Source: a virus
Lineage: Duplodnaviria > Heunggongvirae > Uroviricota > Caudoviricetes
DNA length: 50,015 bases
Direction: 5' to 3' (one strand)
Virus record (IMG/VR): IMGVR_UViG_2917403263_000001
Part shown: piece after piece, positions 1 through 12,483 of the stretch
How positions within the stretch are numbered: position 1 is the stretch's first letter
How the letters are laid out: every line of letters begins with the position of its first letter
Notes under the pieces: generated by a model
What the model saw: only the letters and a program-made list of their open reading frames with translations
The model's database searches: none
Told to the model about the DNA's origin: nothing
Made by a program: the position numbers and the translations under genes

Positions 1-585
1 CTATTTTTCTTGCCCTAACTGATTGCTAATCGTCATTCCTCTGATTGAACATAAATCCTTCAGATTATTCAGTTCTTCCTTCATCTCCCGCTGGCGCTGA
101 TAAATCTCGTCATTGCGCTCAATCTGCGCCTGAGCCATTGCTGCTGCCAGTTCTTCCAGTTCCGGCATCGACAGTCTCACCTGTTGATTATCAGCATCAC
201 CCCACGCCATAACGCCCCGTGCTGTGTTGGATTTCGATGCCATCACCACCGGAGACAGGCGGGCTATTGAGTCAGGACCAGCGTTCCAGGTGCGGCCGTT
301 CCATTCAAATGTGAACGGCTTCGCCTCCTGTTCTGCACGCCATGCTTCGATTTCCTTTTTTTTGGCATCCTTTGCCGCTGCGATAAATTCTGACGTGACT
401 GTAAACGAGGCTATTGCACCCCATTTGCCGCTTTGCAGCTCATGCCAGACGCACTTGCCCGTCGTCGCTGTATCTTCTGCCGTGGCTGTGTAGGGGATGG
501 GGGCATCCATCCCTTCAAATAAAACCTCGCAGTCAATAGCACCAGATTCGGTATAGCAGGGATTGATGATTTCTTTGATTTCCAT
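1..585 (-). CDS. tfa: Tail fibre assembly protein (Tfa family)
   Basis: 194-aa ORF; its stop is the first 3 nt of the window; its start overlaps the stf stop (TAATG at 583-587); lies directly downstream of the tail fibre gene. Confidence 0.85.
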   Translation of the reverse strand: MEIKEIINPCYTESGAIDCEVLFEGMDAPIPYTATAEDTATTGKCVWHELQSGKWGAIASFTVTSEFIAAAKDAKKKEIEAWRAEQEAKPFTFEWNGRTWNAGPDSIARLSPVVMASKSNTARGVMAWGDADNQQVRLSMPELEELAAAMAQAQIERNDEIYQRQREMKEELNNLKDLCSIRGMTISNQLGQEK

Positions 586-2656
586 TATGCAATCCTCATG
601 AATAGCGCCACAAACGCCTGATCGCTGTATGTCAGCATGGTGCCTGACATTGCAATGTACGAGCCAGGAAGCGAATGTGAGTTGCAGCCGACAACGTAGA
701 ATCTGGGGGTTGATGCATAAGTGCCTGAAGGATTAAATGGACACTCAATTCCAACTGGCCCCAGACGCGAACCCGGATAAGACTGTCTTCTGACAACCTT
801 TATATTTTTATCACCGTCAGCAGTTCCCTGATATGCAGCTAATATCAGGCCTCCAATATCGGGGTCACCCCAGTCGTAATTGACGTATGAAAATAGCATG
901 TTACGAACTTTGTTTTTTGTCATGCTAATCTCTTCCCATCCACCTAACGAGCCACCGAAAGTGGAACCGATGAGAACATCCCTATTTATCCCGTAAAAAA
1001 TCAGCAACTTCTTTACTCTGCGAGCATTGCTATAACCATCCCGATTTGTGTTAATCCACAAAACATCGATGATCCCCTCAAAATTCACACTGGATATCGG
1101 CGTGTATCCATTGAATTTATGGTAGTACCTGCCAGGAAGAGCATAATTAGCCCAATTTTCCAGTGCAGAGGCACTATTAAAACTTACACGCCCGTAATAT
1201 TCGTCTTCATACGTGTACCCAAACCCATAAGCGCCAGCCAACGCCAAGACCGAATTCATCATCGCCTTATCGGGCCATGTAAAGGGATTACTGATGACTG
1301 TTTTATTAGCAACCCCCCTGATTTGCAGATTCTCCTGTGCTTTAGCCAGTGCTGACGAGCCAGCATCAACGATTTCCTGAAGGTTGTTTTTTATCTTGAG
1401 ATACCCGCCATCGAGGATATCGTCAATTTCGCCTTTGGCATTCTCTGCTGATTCTGCAGCTGTCGCTGCATCCTGCGCATACTTTTGAGACTGCTGCTCA
1501 TGCAGCTCTGCTTTCTGTGCGTGTTTTTGGGCGTTCTGTTCGCTCAGTGCCGCATTGTCAGAACTTGTTTTTTGAATCTGTGGCACTGAATTCAGAATCC
1601 TTCGCTGCCTGCCGTGCTTGCTTTACCGCGTCCGCGACATCCTGCACACCCTGCTGCACCTGCCCGGCGTTCTGCTCAACTTCTGAAGCCAGTTGTTCAA
1701 CATATTGCTTATCTTTGGCAGCCGCGTCAGCGTTCTGTTGCACGTTATTCGCCAGCGTCTGGCAGTCTTCCTTTATCTTCTGTGCATCGGCTGCGTGTTG
1801 CCCTGCCAGTCGCTCGCTTTCCGCTGCTGCATCCTGACTATTTTTCGCCGCCGTTTCGCTGGTTTTGGCATTCGTTTCACTGGTTTTTGCTGCCGTCTGG
1901 CTGGACTTTGCGTTGGTTTTCGCTCGTCTTTGCTGCTTTCTGGCTGTTAGCCGCAGCAGTTTCTGATCCAGCTGCCGATGTCGCAGAACCGGCTGCCGCG
2001 CTCTCGCTTGCTTCCGCTGCATCCTGGCTGTTTTTCGCCGCAGTTTCACTGGCTTTGGCATTCGTTTCGCTGTCTTTTGCTGCCGTCTGGCTCGACTTTG
2101 CTGCTGTCTCGCTATTTTTTGCGTTGGTTTCCGATTTTTTGGCTGCTGTCGCGAAGTTTTCCGATGCAGTCTGTGAGGCCGCTGCTGCCTGTGCGCTGTT
2201 AGCTGCATCCGTTTCTGAGCTTTTCGCCGCGTCCTTCGATGATGCCGCTGCAGTTTCGGATTTCTTTGCCTCTGCTGCGCTCTGAGAGGCGGCTTCAGCG
2301 TTACGCGCAGCTTCGTCCACCATTGCCTCAAAACGGCGCAATGCCTCCGGCATAACATCATCTTCCGTCATGGCACCGAGAAAATCGTTCAGTGTTCCCG
2401 GCCTGGAACCGTCATAGACGGTAATGGTTCCGGCATGTGAAGGCGGAAAACCTTCAACCAGCAGGATAACGCTGTACTGACCATACTCAACATCCATGCT
2501 ATAACGCCCGGCTTCATCCGGATTTTCTGAGGCCACCGTATTCACCACGACTGTGGTGCTGTTACGCTTTGCCTTCAGTTGAATAGTGCAGTTCTGTATT
2601 GGTTTTCCCGCACCATCTTTCAGTACACCTGAGATTTTTACTGCTGCCATATCCAC
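585..2656 (-). pseudogene. stf: Side tail fibre (lambda Stf-like N-terminus, SETAAK/SETNAK repeat shaft, distinct C-terminal receptor-binding domain); reading frame broken twice
   Basis: The N-terminus MAAVKISGVLKDGAGKPIQNCTIQLKA... matches the lambda Stf pattern. The protein continues across three frames (1877..2656, then the 1558..~1916 part of ORF 1558..2361, then 585..1586). The frame switches sit at a T4 run (1917-1920) and a T6 run (1568-1573). Removing one base at each restores the repeat ...AAKTSETNAKSSQ... and ...DSKTSSDNAAL... Confidence 0.85.
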
Positions 2657-2662
2657 TCCACA

Positions 2663-2692
2663 AAAAAGCCCGCCTGAACCGGCGGGCTGTCA
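2663..2692 (-). terminator. Rho-independent terminator downstream of lom
   Basis: Minus strand reads AGCCCGCC-ggttca-GGCGGGCT followed by TTTTTT. Confidence 0.7.
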
Positions 2693-2714
2693 TAACACTG
2701 TGTTACCCGGCTAA

Positions 2715-3314
2715 TCAGAATTTATAACCGACACCAACGATGAAACCGTCAGTGCGCCAGTCGCCACTGCCGGAACCTTCATAAGCAAGGTCAATGGCCA
2801 CGGATTCGGTCGGGTTAAACTGCACGCCAGCCCCCCACGCCAGAGACGTGTTGCTGTGGCGACCGCCATCACTTCCGGTCAGCACATCGTGCGTTTTCCC
2901 CTTGTTGTCAGCTACGCGGAGATAATCCCCGGAAAACGTCGAAACACGGCTGTAAGCCACACCCGCCATCGCATAAGCACTGAACCATTCATTCACGCGC
3001 ACAGATGGTCCCGCCATCATGCTGAACCAGCGGTTATGCGCTGAATCTTCATGCCAGCGGGTATCGCTGTAACGGGTAATCTGGCGATTCTTGTCTCCTG
3101 CATAGCTGAATGACGTCACCAACCCCAGCGTGTCCGTAAATTCATAACGGTATTTCACGTTAATGCCCTTCAGGTCATCGTTGCCGGGCATATCAGTATG
3201 GGACTGAAGATACCCGCCGCTTAGTGTGGACTGATGCTCTACTGCACTCGCTGGCGTACCAGCGGCGACCAGCCAGACTACTGCAGACAGAATAACAGCA
3301 CATAATTTACGCAT
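2715..3314 (-). CDS. lom: Lom outer-membrane protein (Ail/Lom/OmpX family)
   Basis: 199 aa with a signal peptide, beta-barrel repeats and a terminal GVGYKF; canonical position between J and stf. Confidence 0.9.
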   Translation of the reverse strand: MRKLCAVILSAVVWLVAAGTPASAVEHQSTLSGGYLQSHTDMPGNDDLKGINVKYRYEFTDTLGLVTSFSYAGDKNRQITRYSDTRWHEDSAHNRWFSMMAGPSVRVNEWFSAYAMAGVAYSRVSTFSGDYLRVADNKGKTHDVLTGSDGGRHSNTSLAWGAGVQFNPTESVAIDLAYEGSGSGDWRTDGFIVGVGYKF

Positions 3315-3338
3315 AATTACCTCTCGCTTTTCTGCAAT

Positions 3339-3363
3339 AAAAAAGGCGCCATTTCTGGCGCCC
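3339..3363 (-). terminator. Rho-independent terminator downstream of J
   Basis: Minus strand reads GGCGCC-agaaat-GGCGCC followed by TTTTTT. Confidence 0.65.
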
Positions 3364-3383
3364 GTATTGGGGTTATAAATATT

Positions 3384-6300
3384 TCAACGAATACTGATAC
3401 CGGAAGCAGCTTTTTTGGTCACAATCACCGTACAGTCTGTGATGTTACCTGCGCCCCGATTGCCTTTCTGGAAAATCTTAAACTCCAGAGTGACGCTACC
3501 ACCACCACTCGGCATATCAATAACCGCGCTGTAACTACCGGGAATGGCTCCTTTAGTTTCTCTGGATGCGATTAATACGCCGTTTTTACGAACTTCAAAA
3601 CCATAACCCGTGTATCGCGTACCTCCCGGTTTATTACCGCTCCCCGGATCGTCATACGCCACACCGTTAAAAATAATGGGCGGAATAATGATTTGGCGGT
3701 CAAAGTTATGATCATCGTAAATGGTGACTGTAACCGTCCCGCCTGGTGTTTCCGTGTTACCCCACGTACCAGCCTGTTTCGGGAATGATTTGGATACAGT
3801 TTTAACGAAGTCACCTCTGACCTGGTTCGCCTCCAGCATGCCCTTAATCGTACAGTTTTCATTTACCGTGACGTTGTTGAGCGTCCCGGAGTTCGCATTC
3901 ACGTTACCGCTGATATCAGCATTTCTCGCCGTCAGCCGCCCGTCCGGTGTCAGGGAAAATGCCGGAGGATTACCACCGCTGGTAATGGTGGGAGCCGTCA
4001 GATATTTCAGAAACACTTCGTTCATGAATATCTGGTTGCCCTGCGCCACAAACATCGGCGTTTCATTCCCGTTTGCCGGGTCAATAAACGCGATACGGTT
4101 AGCGGCAACCAGGAACTGGCTCAGTTTGCCTTCCTCCGTATCCTCCATGCTGAGGCCAAGCCCCGCGACATAATGCCTGCCGTCTTCGGTCTGCTCAATT
4201 TTGACGCCCCACATGGCATTCCATTTATCGTTGGCGTCTTTCCACTCTTTCGAAAACTCCTCCAGTTTGCTGGCGTTATCCTCCGTCAGCTCGACTTTTT
4301 CCAGCAGCTCTTTACCGAGATGGGATTCGGTTATCTGGCCTTTGAAAAAATCCAGGTAACCTTCGGCATCATCGCTCGCCCGACCGACAGCCTCCACGAA
4401 TGCCGATTTGCCAACGGTGTTCACACTGCGGATATAAAAATAATAATCATGGCCCGGTTTGATATTGATACTGGCAGCTATCCAGTACAGCGCCGTGCCA
4501 AGATAGCGGGCTGCGGTTTCAACCTGCCTGATATCCGCAATCCGCTTTTCCGAGAACCAGAACTCAAACTGTACCGTCGGGTCATAAACGGCAAGATGCG
4601 GCGTTGCGGTTATCTGAAAATAGCCCGGCGTCAGCTCAATCCGCGACGGTGCTGCCGGTGCGGCAATCCGGAACGATACCGACGCCGGATCGCCCTGCTG
4701 CCCCCACGCATTTACTGCCCGGACTGTCAGCGTGTAACGCCCCAGCGCCAGTTGCCTGAAGCGGTATGTGGTTTCCGTCGTCCGGGCTGTGCTGACAAGC
4801 CGCTCACTGCCGTCATCCGCTGCCACGGTCAAGCGAAGCGTAAAGCTCACCCCCTTCACCACCTTCGGCGTGTCCCATCGCGCCAGTACCTGATATTCCC
4901 CGCTGTCTGCGGTGACTTCGGCAGTCAGGTGCTGCACCGCTGGCGGCGTGACACCATTCACCGTGCCACTCTGGTCGCCGTCAAAGTGCGCCCCGTTATC
5001 CACGATGGCCTCTTTTTCCGGCACATGCTGCACGGCGGTGATGGCATACGTGCCGTCGTCGTTCTCACGGATACTCACACAGCGGAACAGGCGCTGACGC
5101 AGCGTCGGCAGCTTCAGCCCCCACACGCTGTATTCGGCAACGCCGTCAGGAACACGGCTCACTTTTACCTTCACGCCGTCGGTGACGGACTGGACCTCCA
5201 CGCTGACCGGATTCCCCTGCCCGTCAACCAGGCTTATCAGCGTGGTGCCGGAGGATGGCAGCGTGATTTCACGGTCGAGCGTCAGCGTCCGGGTCTGGCT
5301 GTTCACCGCCAGCACACGCCCACCGATGCTGATCCCCGCATAGTCATCATCACAGATTTCAATGACATCGCCCGGTACATGGCGAAGCCCTTCTGCGCCC
5401 ACGCTGAAGTCCACGGTCTGCGTTTCCAGCAGCTCCGTTTTAATCAGCCACAGCCCGGCGCGGTGTGCCTGCCCCCGGCTGGTACAGCCAAAGGCATCCA
5501 TCTTCGTGACGTTACGACCGTAACGGAGAATGGCCTGCGTGTCCTCCACAAGCTCTGTCGCCGTCTCCCAGCCGTTATCCGGGTCAATCCAGTTCACCTC
5601 AACGGCATTATGGCGGTCCTTCAGGGCGCTGAAGCTGTAGCGGAACGGCGCGCCATCATCCGGCATCACCACATTACTGTGGTTATAGGTCCACACCTTA
5701 TCCGACGGTCGGTCCTGCACGAACGTCAGCGTCTGCCCGTTCCATACCGGCATACAGCGCATCGCCGAGCAGAAATCACTGAGAACATCCCACGCCTTAC
5801 GCTGTGTGGTCAGGTAAGCGTTACAGGTGATGCGCGGCTCCGTGCCACCAAAGCCGTCCGACACTGACTGGTCGCAATACTGGCCGATGACATACAACGC
5901 CCATTTATCCACATCCGCCGCACCAAGACGTTTCCCCATGCCGTAGCGCGGGTGGGTCAGCATATCCCACAGACACCAGGCCATATTGTCGCTGTATGCT
6001 GGCTTAAACGTTCCGTCCCAGATACCGCTGTATTGCCGCGTCTGCGGGTTATAGTTCGACGGCACCTGCAGAATGCGCCCGCGAAGATGATAATTACGGC
6101 TCACCTGCTGGCTGCCGAACTGCTCCGAATCCACCTGCACGCCGACCAGTGCCGTGTTCGGGTAGCACTGTTTCACATCGATGATTTCGGTGTATGACGA
6201 CCAGAGCGTTTTGTTCTGCAGCTGGTCTGTGGTGCTGTCCGGCGTCATCCTGCGCATCCGGATATTGAACGGGCGCGGCGGCAGGTTATCCACCACCACC

Positions 6301-6797
6301 GAGGCCAGATACTGCGAGGTGGTTTTGCCCTTAATGGTGATGTCTTTTTCCGTCACCCAGCCACCGTTACGCTGTATCTGAACCAGCAGGCGGACTTCCG
6401 ACGGATTCCGGTCCCCCTTTGAAGTGGTTTCCACCAGTGCCTGCACACCGAAGGTAAAGCGCAGACGGTCGATATTTGCAGACGTGATAGTCCGGGTGAT
6501 CGGCGTGTCGTATTTCACTTCCGTACCCAGTACCGTCTCGGAACCTGATGATTCAAATCCCTCCGGCGGTGACTGCTCCTGCTCACCTGCCCGGAACACC
6601 ACCGTGACACCGGAGATGTTGGTATTTCCCTCACTGTCCAGCACTGGCGTACTGTTCAGTAGCACGCTTTTTAATCCATCCACCGGACCTTCAATCGGCC
6701 CTTCGCTGATGGCATCGATCACACTCAGCAACTGCGTTGATTTGAGATTATCCTTCGCTTCGCGCGGGGTATGCCCCTTACTGCTGCCTTTACCCAT
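3384..6797 (-). CDS. J: Tail tip / host-specificity protein J
   Basis: 1137 aa, collinear with lambda gpJ ([21 protein letters not shown]...); position after I. Confidence 0.95.
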   Translation of the reverse strand: MGKGSSKGHTPREAKDNLKSTQLLSVIDAISEGPIEGPVDGLKSVLLNSTPVLDSEGNTNISGVTVVFRAGEQEQSPPEGFESSGSETVLGTEVKYDTPITRTITSANIDRLRFTFGVQALVETTSKGDRNPSEVRLLVQIQRNGGWVTEKDITIKGKTTSQYLASVVVDNLPPRPFNIRMRRMTPDSTTDQLQNKTLWSSYTEIIDVKQCYPNTALVGVQVDSEQFGSQQVSRNYHLRGRILQVPSNYNPQTRQYSGIWDGTFKPAYSDNMAWCLWDMLTHPRYGMGKRLGAADVDKWALYVIGQYCDQSVSDGFGGTEPRITCNAYLTTQRKAWDVLSDFCSAMRCMPVWNGQTLTFVQDRPSDKVWTYNHSNVVMPDDGAPFRYSFSALKDRHNAVEVNWIDPDNGWETATELVEDTQAILRYGRNVTKMDAFGCTSRGQAHRAGLWLIKTELLETQTVDFSVGAEGLRHVPGDVIEICDDDYAGISIGGRVLAVNSQTRTLTLDREITLPSSGTTLISLVDGQGNPVSVEVQSVTDGVKVKVSRVPDGVAEYSVWGLKLPTLRQRLFRCVSIRENDDGTYAITAVQHVPEKEAIVDNGAHFDGDQSGTVNGVTPPAVQHLTAEVTADSGEYQVLARWDTPKVVKGVSFTLRLTVAADDGSERLVSTARTTETTYRFRQLALGRYTLTVRAVNAWGQQGDPASVSFRIAAPAAPSRIELTPGYFQITATPHLAVYDPTVQFEFWFSEKRIADIRQVETAARYLGTALYWIAASINIKPGHDYYFYIRSVNTVGKSAFVEAVGRASDDAEGYLDFFKGQITESHLGKELLEKVELTEDNASKLEEFSKEWKDANDKWNAMWGVKIEQTEDGRHYVAGLGLSMEDTEEGKLSQFLVAANRIAFIDPANGNETPMFVAQGNQIFMNEVFLKYLTAPTITSGGNPPAFSLTPDGRLTARNADISGNVNANSGTLNNVTVNENCTIKGMLEANQVRGDFVKTVSKSFPKQAGTWGNTETPGGTVTVTIYDDHNFDRQIIIPPIIFNGVAYDDPGSGNKPGGTRYTGYGFEVRKNGVLIASRETKGAIPGSYSAVIDMPSGGGSVTLEFKIFQKGNRGAGNITDCTVIVTKKAASGISIR

Positions 6798-6857
6798 TTC
6801 TCAGACCCCATAAACGACAAAACCGCCCGGAGGCGGTTTCACATAAAACATTTTGCA

Positions 6858-7505
6858 TCAGCGACCAATCACCACAACCTGACCACCATCCCCTTCATCT
6901 GCTGTGCTGATCTCCTGAGATACCACACGTGACCCCACGCGCATTTCACCGTACAGAACAGGCAGAACATTACCCTGGGCAACCATGTTATCCAGAGAGG
7001 AGAAATAGGTGTTCTGCTTACCGTTATCCGTTGTCTGTGTGCGGGGAGTTCTGGGTTTAGGAGCCAGCATCTGGGCCACACCGCCAAGGATCATACTGGC
7101 CCCCGCACTATACATTCCTGTAATTGCTGTCGCTCCCAGCCAACCTGCGGGGTTCCACCACGCCACCGCAATCAGCGCCGCCCCCAGCACCGCCTGAAAC
7201 ACGCCGCCACTTTTGGCACCGGTCAGACGCGGTACGATGTGGATGACGGCACCATTCGCCAGCGGCTCATTAAGACGGGCTGATAATTCCGTTTCACCTG
7301 CATCGCGCCCGGCAATGCGTACCTGATACCAGCCGTCGCTCAGTTTCTGACGAAACGCAGGGAGCTGCGTGGCCAGCGCCCGGATGGCTTCGGCTCCCGT
7401 TTTCACACGAAGGTCGATGCGGCGGCCAAATCGTTGCAAATCCCCGTAAAGGCAGATGCGTGCCATGCCCGGTGACGCCAGAGGGAGTGTGTGCGTCGCT
7501 GCCAT
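6858..7505 (-). CDS. I: Tail assembly protein I
   Basis: 215 aa; MAATHTLPLASPGMARICLYGDLQRFGRRIDLRVKTGAEAIRAL... matches the lambda gpI pattern. Confidence 0.9.
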   Translation of the reverse strand: MAATHTLPLASPGMARICLYGDLQRFGRRIDLRVKTGAEAIRALATQLPAFRQKLSDGWYQVRIAGRDAGETELSARLNEPLANGAVIHIVPRLTGAKSGGVFQAVLGAALIAVAWWNPAGWLGATAITGMYSAGASMILGGVAQMLAPKPRTPRTQTTDNGKQNTYFSSLDNMVAQGNVLPVLYGEMRVGSRVVSQEISTADEGDGGQVVVIGR

Positions 7506-8146
7506 TTGTCGGTATACCTCTCTCGTTTGCTCAGTTGTTCAGGAATATGGTGCAACAGCTCGCCGTCGCCGCAGTAAATGGCGGCATGATTCGGCACCGA
7601 TGAACCAAAACAGCACAGCAGCACATCGCCCGGCTGCGCCGATGACAACGGCACCTGATACAGCCCTGTGGCCTCCAGATTATCCAGATAGAGATTCTGA
7701 CCGTGACGCCACCAGTCATCCCCGCGATGAAAATCCGGCATCTCAATCCCCGCCAGATGATAAGCATCCCGGAACAGTGTGTAACAGTCCGTCACCCCGT
7801 GCTCAAAGCGCCGCCCGGTGAGATGCGGCACACAGCGGAACTTATGAATCGCCCCCCGGCAGACCAGCCACCACGGCAAATCACTCTGCACCTGCAGCCG
7901 CCGGTCGGCCTCACTCAGCCAGGGCAGACCACCGGGATGACTGTGGACCAGCGCCACAATCTCACCCTGCATCTCTGCCTGCAGCCAGTCCTCCGGAGCC
8001 ATCCGGAAATAATCCTCCGGCTCACCGGAAATATTCACGCAGGGAAAATATCTTTCCCCTTCCGGCGTTCTCACCACGAAGCCGCACGACTCCGCTGGCG
8101 CACATCGCCGGGCGTGCGCCAGAATCGCTGATTCTGTCTCTGTCAT
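7403..8146 (-). CDS. K: Tail assembly protein K (MPN/JAB plus NlpC/P60 domains)
   Basis: Lambda gpK-like sequence ending ...THSLWRHRAWHASAFTGICNDLAAASTFV; start chosen at MTETESAIL, which overlaps the end of L. Confidence 0.85.
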   Translation of the reverse strand: MTETESAILAHARRCAPAESCGFVVRTPEGERYFPCVNISGEPEDYFRMAPEDWLQAEMQGEIVALVHSHPGGLPWLSEADRRLQVQSDLPWWLVCRGAIHKFRCVPHLTGRRFEHGVTDCYTLFRDAYHLAGIEMPDFHRGDDWWRHGQNLYLDNLEATGLYQVPLSSAQPGDVLLCCFGSSVPNHAAIYCGDGELLHHIPEQLSKRERYTDKWQRRTHSLWRHRAWHASAFTGICNDLAAASTFV

Positions 8147-8150
8147 GGGA

Positions 8151-8849
8151 TTACTGCGAAAGTTTGTTAATGGAAAGGAAGCCGCCAAAGTTGCCGACGT
8201 TATTGCGAAACTTACAGCCGCTCAGGCATTTGCTGCATTTATCCTTCGTGATATCGGACGTCGGCTGGTCATATTCATCCGCGACAGCCGGACCGTTATA
8301 ACCGCACTCATCACCGCGATAGCTCCAGGTGCAGGTGTTGGCCAGCATGATACGCCCCGGAAAAACAGCACCATCCGTTTCCGTCGGTGTGGACAACACA
8401 AAGGAGGCACTGACCGCACTCAGTTCGCTGCACTGCTCGATGCGCCAGCGGCTGATCACCTCCTGCTCCGGATCGGCGTCGCTGTTTCCGTTGACGAAGT
8501 TCACCGCATCCAGAAAACGGGCGTAAACCTTACGCCTGACCACCGTTCCGCCGACCAGACTCTGTAAATCCTCCACCATCCCGGTGACCATGCCGTGCAG
8601 GTTAGATACTTTCAGTGTTGGCCTTGCACTGGCACCTTTGCCGTTCATCTCAAATCCACCCCCCTGAATGGGATAGGCCTGATACTGCCGACTCTGCCAG
8701 GTGACAGACTCACCTTTTTCATTCTGCTCATTGCAGAAAAAGTAGCGATCCCCGCCTACCTCTGTCAGGTCGATTTCCCAGAGCACCACGCTGGCCGACT
8801 GCTCCGCCCGAATGCATTCATTCAGTGTTTCCTGTTGTATGTCCTGCAT
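8151..8849 (-). CDS. L: Minor tail protein L
   Basis: 232 aa, the same length and pattern as lambda gpL; start overlaps the restored stop of M (TGATG). Confidence 0.9.
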   Translation of the reverse strand: MQDIQQETLNECIRAEQSASVVLWEIDLTEVGGDRYFFCNEQNEKGESVTWQSRQYQAYPIQGGGFEMNGKGASARPTLKVSNLHGMVTGMVEDLQSLVGGTVVRRKVYARFLDAVNFVNGNSDADPEQEVISRWRIEQCSELSAVSASFVLSTPTETDGAVFPGRIMLANTCTWSYRGDECGYNGPAVADEYDQPTSDITKDKCSKCLSGCKFRNNVGNFGGFLSINKLSQ

Positions 8850-9188
8850 CAGATCACCACTTCGTCAAACTGACACGAAAAATCGGTATAGGTGATATGT
8901 TCTGTCGCTGACCACGTTCGACACACCACTCTGATTTTTCTGTTAATACCCGGCGGGCGCCAAAAAAAAAGATTTATAGCCTTCATGCCGGGCTAAAAAT
9001 TTTTCAAATGAATCACGTTCATTCGCCTCAACTTTGAAATCACAGGTGAAAACGCGCAGAGAATGATTAAGTCCATTTGGACTTCGTTGCTCATAACCAT
9101 CGCCAAATCTTACAGTTTTTATCGATGGTTTATTTTCTGTTTTCATTCCATCCTCTGGTAACCAGTGAAATTCTTCCGTATTAGCCAC
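8849..9188 (-). pseudogene. M: Minor tail protein M, truncated by a frameshift in an A9 run
   Basis: The 81-aa ORF stops after ...GYKSFFLAPAGY. Dropping one base of the A9 run at 8962-8970 gives ...GYKSFFWRPPGINRKIRVVCRTWSATEHITYTDFSCQFDEVVI, which resembles the lambda gpM C-terminus and ends exactly at the L start. Confidence 0.8.
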
Positions 9189-12100
9189 TTAACATTCCCC
9201 CATCACGTCGCATATTTAACAGAGTGCCCTGTACCCGCTGATCAACCATCCCCATAAGTGCTTTTATTGCCTGAGGGCCAATCTCTCCATTCTGGCCGTC
9301 ATTTTGAATAGTGATTTGGTATACAGGGGCATAGGTAATATCTCCGCCTCCATTACCACTTTTACTATTAATAGCTCTGACACCAAGAGAACCATCGGAA
9401 GTTCGTGTTAATGGCATAATGGCTTCCGGTCCAGCCTCACCAAAAACACCCGCCCCTTTTGCAAAAGCAAAAAATTGCGGGGAATCATAAATACCGTTCG
9501 AATACGTGCTCAATGATGGAGACTCATAAACACCGCCCTTTGCATTCGGAATAAATTTACTAATAGCACTCCCGATAGTTCCTAAAATCCCCCCAGAAGA
9601 ACTGTTACTAATGCTGTCGAAAATCCCAGTAATTGAAGCCTTTAATGCTATTCGACTAAGATCCGAAATCACGGAAGTAGCGAAAGAACGAAAATTTGCC
9701 TTGCCTGTCGTGACAAAATCACCCAGCGCATCGGTCATCCCATCAAACATCAGAGTCGTGGTTGATTTTATCTGCTCACTGATATACTTAGTGTCATCCA
9801 GCCAGTTATTAAATCCCTGGGAGGCACCACTAACCCAGTCTCCTGCCTGAATATCGAGCTGCTCGTTTTTCTGTCTGACAATTTCTTTTTCTCGTTCCAG
9901 AGAGTCATTCAGAGCCTGCATTTTCTCCTGAAAAACATGATCTGACATTCCACGGGATTTATCTGCATAGTCACGTTCAAGTTGCAGACGCTGGTTGTTA
10001 TATTCACGTTCAATCCGCAGTAATTCCTGCTGGCGTTGCTGATTTTTATCGCCAAGCCCATAACCAGCAATCTGAATATCATACCCCTGCTGACGATTAT
10101 CAATCGAAGCCTGCAATGAATCACGCCATGCGGCTATTTCGGCGGATTCCTTGATTAGCCTGTTATTTTTTTCAATCGCAACATTTTTCTCCATCAACGC
10201 GCTTATTTCTTCCCGGTGTAAGAGAAGCGATTTCTGATCCTGGGTTAATTTCGATAACGGTCGTGACTCCAGGTCGGCAATCTGCTGACGCCACTTAACC
10301 AGTTCCTGTTCAGAGGAACTTAATTTAACGGTCAATTCAGCTTGTGAACTTAGTAACGCATTCTGTTGATTCAGATGATCAATCATTCGTTGAGCAGCAT
10401 CATCCGAATAACCTTTCGCCTTTGGTTGCTTTGGATCTTTATAACGCTCATTTATTTGAGCGACAAGCTTATTATATTCTTCCTTTGAATACTGATTCTT
10501 TAGCTTTTCCAGTTTTGCAAGTTCACTGGCTCTCTGCTGCTCCCGAGTCTGATATTGTTTTGAAAAGGCATCTGCTTTCTGTCTGAGTTCAATTCCTTCC
10601 TGTTGTCGCTTGTTGTAATTGTTTATTGATGAATTTAGTACGTTCTGAGCAATTTTTTCTGATTGAAGTGCGCCTAATTGCTGTTTTAATTGAGCCAGCC
10701 TTTTATTTTGAGCACCACCATCTCCAATACCACCTACCCCGAAAACGCCTGGCCTGGTATTTTTTTCTATTTCATCAATTTGACGGAGAACATCTGAGAT
10801 TTTTTGATCAAGAGATACCTCACGCCCAACAGCCAACATGGAATCCCATGCCCATTTTGCGGAGTCAGCGACGGCTTTCCATGCAGTCTCAAGATAACCA
10901 AGATTTTCTTTAATCTGGTTGGTGCGCTGGATCATTGAGGATGAGTATGCTTCCGTCGCAATGCGAGCAGCCTCCTGCTGGTTCCCTTCATCCTGCAGCG
11001 CCTTAATCTGGTTATAAGTCGCCAGTGTCAGAAAATGGTACTGATCATTAAGTTTTGATATGGAACTGACAGGATCCTTTGCAATTTCATTGAAGTCATT
11101 AACAAGTTGATCGGTTGCTATTCCAGTTAATTCACTCGTTTTTACTATCGCAGCCGTCACTTGCTCCAGCGAATTGCTCGCTACCTTTCCCGAACGCACA
11201 AGCTGGTTTAATACTGCCGCCGCAGCGCCAGTTGTCGAATCAGCTGCATCCCCGGCACGTTGAGCTATATCGGCCAATTGCCCGCTGGTTGTCCCCAACT
11301 GATTTCCGGTAAGAATAAGAGATTTATTAAATTCTTCCTGCTCCTGAGAGCCTTTATAGTAAGCTAGCCCCAGGACACCAACGGCTGCTGCGGCCAGGGT
11401 AAAAGGATTAATTAATCCCAGCACATAAGAACCAACACCTTTGATCGCCGGGCCAATACCACCGAACATATCTTTTAGCTGACCGCCCTGCTGCATTAAC
11501 ACCATAAACGGTGACTGGCCTGTGGACAATCCAACCACAATATCAGTCATTTGTGCAGGCAACATGCGCATAGCAAAAGCCGTTTGTTTTGCCGACATTC
11601 CGGTTTTGCTTAGCTGCGATTGAGTAGCCTCAAGCTCACTCCGCATAGCACGGAGTTTTCCTGAAAGCTCCTCATACATTTCAGGAGAAAGCATCCCCTT
11701 GGCTTTTGCTTCGCTGAGTTGCTTTTGCTGCTCTGTCAGGCGGTTAAAAGCTGTTCCGACAGGATCGAGTTGAGCAATCAGACGTTGCAAAGCAGTAACT
11801 TGTTCATCATGCGCTTTTGCTGCTTCTCGTTCTGCCTGAGCCTCTCCTGTTAGCTCTCGCCGCGTTTCCTGTATTTTTCGGCTGTAATTATCAAACTGAG
11901 AGCCATTTATTTGCCCGGATGAAAGTGCAGCATTAAGTTCATCCTGCTGTTGTTCAAGATTTCTTAGCGCCGCTGCCAGAGGGTCGATCTTGTCCAGCAT
12001 TCTTTGAAAGGCCTGAACCTGCGCTTCCTGCTGGGCGGCAGCAAGTTTTCCGGCCTTCTCGGCTTCTCTCTGCGCTTGCGCAACCCCACTCAATTCCTCT

Positions 12101-12414
12101 GTGGTTTCATTAAGTTTACGGGCAAGAAATTCATATTCTTCTTTATCAATAAGCCCTTTATCGAAATATTTCTTTAATTCAGAATAGCGTCGACCGACAG
12201 TATCAATTGCGGCACCGACAGGATCAATAGCTGCTTTTAATTTTGCGAGCGCGTTCTTCTCATCTTCTGTTGCCTTAGTCACTTTCCCTGCACTGGTGGC
12301 AGCGTGTTCTCCAGCCTGCGTCATCTTTACTAACGCAGAAGACAGATTACCCACATTTTTCTCTGCTCCAGTGCTATCAATAATTATTGCGAGACGTGAA
12401 GTTTGCTCAGTCAT
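9181..12414 (-). CDS. Tail tape measure protein
   Basis: 1077 aa; coiled-coil Q/E/K-rich N-terminal half with hydrophobic central segments; lies between the chaperone genes and M. Confidence 0.9.
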   Translation of the reverse strand: MTEQTSRLAIIIDSTGAEKNVGNLSSALVKMTQAGEHAATSAGKVTKATEDEKNALAKLKAAIDPVGAAIDTVGRRYSELKKYFDKGLIDKEEYEFLARKLNETTEELSGVAQAQREAEKAGKLAAAQQEAQVQAFQRMLDKIDPLAAALRNLEQQQDELNAALSSGQINGSQFDNYSRKIQETRRELTGEAQAEREAAKAHDEQVTALQRLIAQLDPVGTAFNRLTEQQKQLSEAKAKGMLSPEMYEELSGKLRAMRSELEATQSQLSKTGMSAKQTAFAMRMLPAQMTDIVVGLSTGQSPFMVLMQQGGQLKDMFGGIGPAIKGVGSYVLGLINPFTLAAAAVGVLGLAYYKGSQEQEEFNKSLILTGNQLGTTSGQLADIAQRAGDAADSTTGAAAAVLNQLVRSGKVASNSLEQVTAAIVKTSELTGIATDQLVNDFNEIAKDPVSSISKLNDQYHFLTLATYNQIKALQDEGNQQEAARIATEAYSSSMIQRTNQIKENLGYLETAWKAVADSAKWAWDSMLAVGREVSLDQKISDVLRQIDEIEKNTRPGVFGVGGIGDGGAQNKRLAQLKQQLGALQSEKIAQNVLNSSINNYNKRQQEGIELRQKADAFSKQYQTREQQRASELAKLEKLKNQYSKEEYNKLVAQINERYKDPKQPKAKGYSDDAAQRMIDHLNQQNALLSSQAELTVKLSSSEQELVKWRQQIADLESRPLSKLTQDQKSLLLHREEISALMEKNVAIEKNNRLIKESAEIAAWRDSLQASIDNRQQGYDIQIAGYGLGDKNQQRQQELLRIEREYNNQRLQLERDYADKSRGMSDHVFQEKMQALNDSLEREKEIVRQKNEQLDIQAGDWVSGASQGFNNWLDDTKYISEQIKSTTTLMFDGMTDALGDFVTTGKANFRSFATSVISDLSRIALKASITGIFDSISNSSSGGILGTIGSAISKFIPNAKGGVYESPSLSTYSNGIYDSPQFFAFAKGAGVFGEAGPEAIMPLTRTSDGSLGVRAINSKSGNGGGDITYAPVYQITIQNDGQNGEIGPQAIKALMGMVDQRVQGTLLNMRRDGGMLSG

Positions 12415-12433
12415 TTAGTTATTCCGGACAAAT

Positions 12434-12459
12434 AAAAAGCCCCGCTTGGGAAGCGGGGC
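12434..12459 (-). terminator. Rho-independent terminator of the OMP moron
   Basis: Minus strand reads GCCCCGCTT-ccc-AAGCGGGGC followed by TTTTTATTT. Confidence 0.75.
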
Positions 12460-12483
12460 CAGACAACAGAGGGGCGTGACTTA

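Noticed and set aside
1517-2361. Multiple overlapping ORFs on both strands (for example 1614..2285 +, 1693..1950 +, and the upstream part of 1558..2361 -)
   Set aside because: They are by-products of the low-complexity Ser/Glu/Thr/Ala/Lys repeat region of stf, where all frames stay open. Only the frame that continues the SETAAK/SETNAK repeat makes sense.
4173-5867. 564-aa plus-strand ORF, together with 3721..4173, 5952..6197 and 6424..6813
   Set aside because: They lie entirely antisense to the well-supported J gene. The translated sequence is Arg/Pro/His-rich with no motifs. These are typical shadow ORFs of a GC-rich gene.
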